Source: an uncultured Chloroflexia bacterium
Lineage (GTDB): Bacteria > Chloroflexota > Limnocylindria > Limnocylindrales > CSP1-4
Assembly: GCA_963744115.1 (NCBI GenBank)
Contig: CAVUSI010000002.1
Span: 473,209-537,208 of the forward strand
DNA length: 64,000 bases
Reading direction: 5' to 3'
Under the pieces are notes generated by a model. It was not told where the DNA came from, did not search any database, and worked only from the letters and a program-made list of their open reading frames with translations. Shown here in pieces: positions 63,301-64,000 of the stretch. The position numbers and the translations under genes were made by a program. Each line of letters starts with the position of its first letter. The first letter of the stretch is position 1.

Positions 63301-64000
63301 TCAGCCGAGCGGTTCGTTGTCGATGAGGCGGGTCGAGCCGAGGCGGACCGCCAGCGACAGGAGCGCCGGACCCCGGACCGTGCCGAGCTCCTCGAGCGTG
63401 GCCGCATCGGCACAGCTGACGTAATCCACGACCGCCAGCGGTTCGGTGGCAAGGACGGCCTCGACGATCCCGCGCAGGCGGTCGCCCGACCGTTCGCCGC
63501 CGGCCCACGCCTCGCGACCGGCCAGCAGCGCTCGATGGAGGACCGGGGCGGCGGCTCGCTCCTCGGCGGCCAGGTGGACGTTCCGCGACGACAGGGCGAG
63601 GCCGTCGGGCTCGCGGACGGTCGGACAGGGGACCACCTCCGTCGGCAGCGCCAGGTCGCGGGCCATCCGGTCGATGACCATGACCTGCTGCGCGTCCTTC
63701 TGGCCGAAATAGGCTCGTTCCGCCCCGACCAGCGCGAACAGGATGGCGACCACCGTCACGACCCCGTCGAAATGCCCCGGCCGGGCGGCCCCTTCGAGCG
63801 GCAGCGCGATCCGGCCGACCGCCACGGTGGTGTCGAAGCCCGGGGGATAGACGTCGTCGACCGACGGCGCCCAGACCAGGTCGACCCCTTCGTCGGTGCA
63901 GATCAGCACGTCGCGCGCTTCGTCGCGCGGGTAGCGGCCGAAGTCGTCGGCGGCGTTGAACTGGCGGGGATTGACGAAGATCGTGGCGACGGTCGTCGCC
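63301..64000 (-). CDS. panC: Pantoate-beta-alanine ligase, 5' part outside the window
   Basis: IFVNPRQF, RYPRD, RPGHFDGV, FGQKDAQQ, REPDGLALSSRN, RLIDN. Confidence 0.96.
   Translation of the reverse strand, partial: ATTVATIFVNPRQFNAADDFGRYPRDEARDVLICTDEGVDLVWAPSVDDVYPPGFDTTVAVGRIALPLEGAARPGHFDGVVTVVAILFALVGAERAYFGQKDAQQVMVIDRMARDLALPTEVVPCPTVREPDGLALSSRNVHLAAEERAAAPVLHRALLAGREAWAGGERSGDRLRGIVEAVLATEPLAVVDYVSCADAATLEELGTVRGPALLSLAVRLGSTRLIDNEPLG

Overview
Very GC-rich (roughly 70-75% by eye), gene-dense bacterial chromosomal segment; gene content and style suggest Chloroflexota or Actinomycetota (inference only). No rRNA, tRNA, CRISPR array, transposase or prophage gene was recognised. Left to right it holds: merR-MFS; a papain-fold candidate beside a RHH/RelE toxin-antitoxin pair with a striking operator array; MFS, CAX and YyaL genes; a GNAT and a NUDIX-MBL fusion; an uncharacterised DeoR-linked catabolic island (APC permease, BtpA/SgcQ, metallophosphoesterase, FGGY kinase, EryC-like epimerase, nucleotidyltransferase-like protein); a ~175-nt 6S-RNA-like hairpin; mug and tatA; an AcuC deacetylase with a GNAT-like tail; lhr-nei; a cyanophycin locus (cphB-cphA, a hidden 30-aa membrane peptide, a CASTOR/POLLUX-like channel, a CphA paralogue lacking the ATP-grasp domain, an M20 peptidase, RidA); azlCD, ggt, degV, gdhA; a GH4/ROK/GntR/ABC/SIS/GH-A/BadF amino-sugar cluster; and the 3' part of panC. 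Many genes have a TAnnnT box 6-7 nt before the start codon, suggesting leaderless mRNAs. At least seven genes carry frameshifts, probably consensus errors. The best candidates for undescribed biology are the G-domain-less CphA paralogue and the APC/EryC/BtpA island. All protein calls come from motif recognition by eye; no database searches were run.
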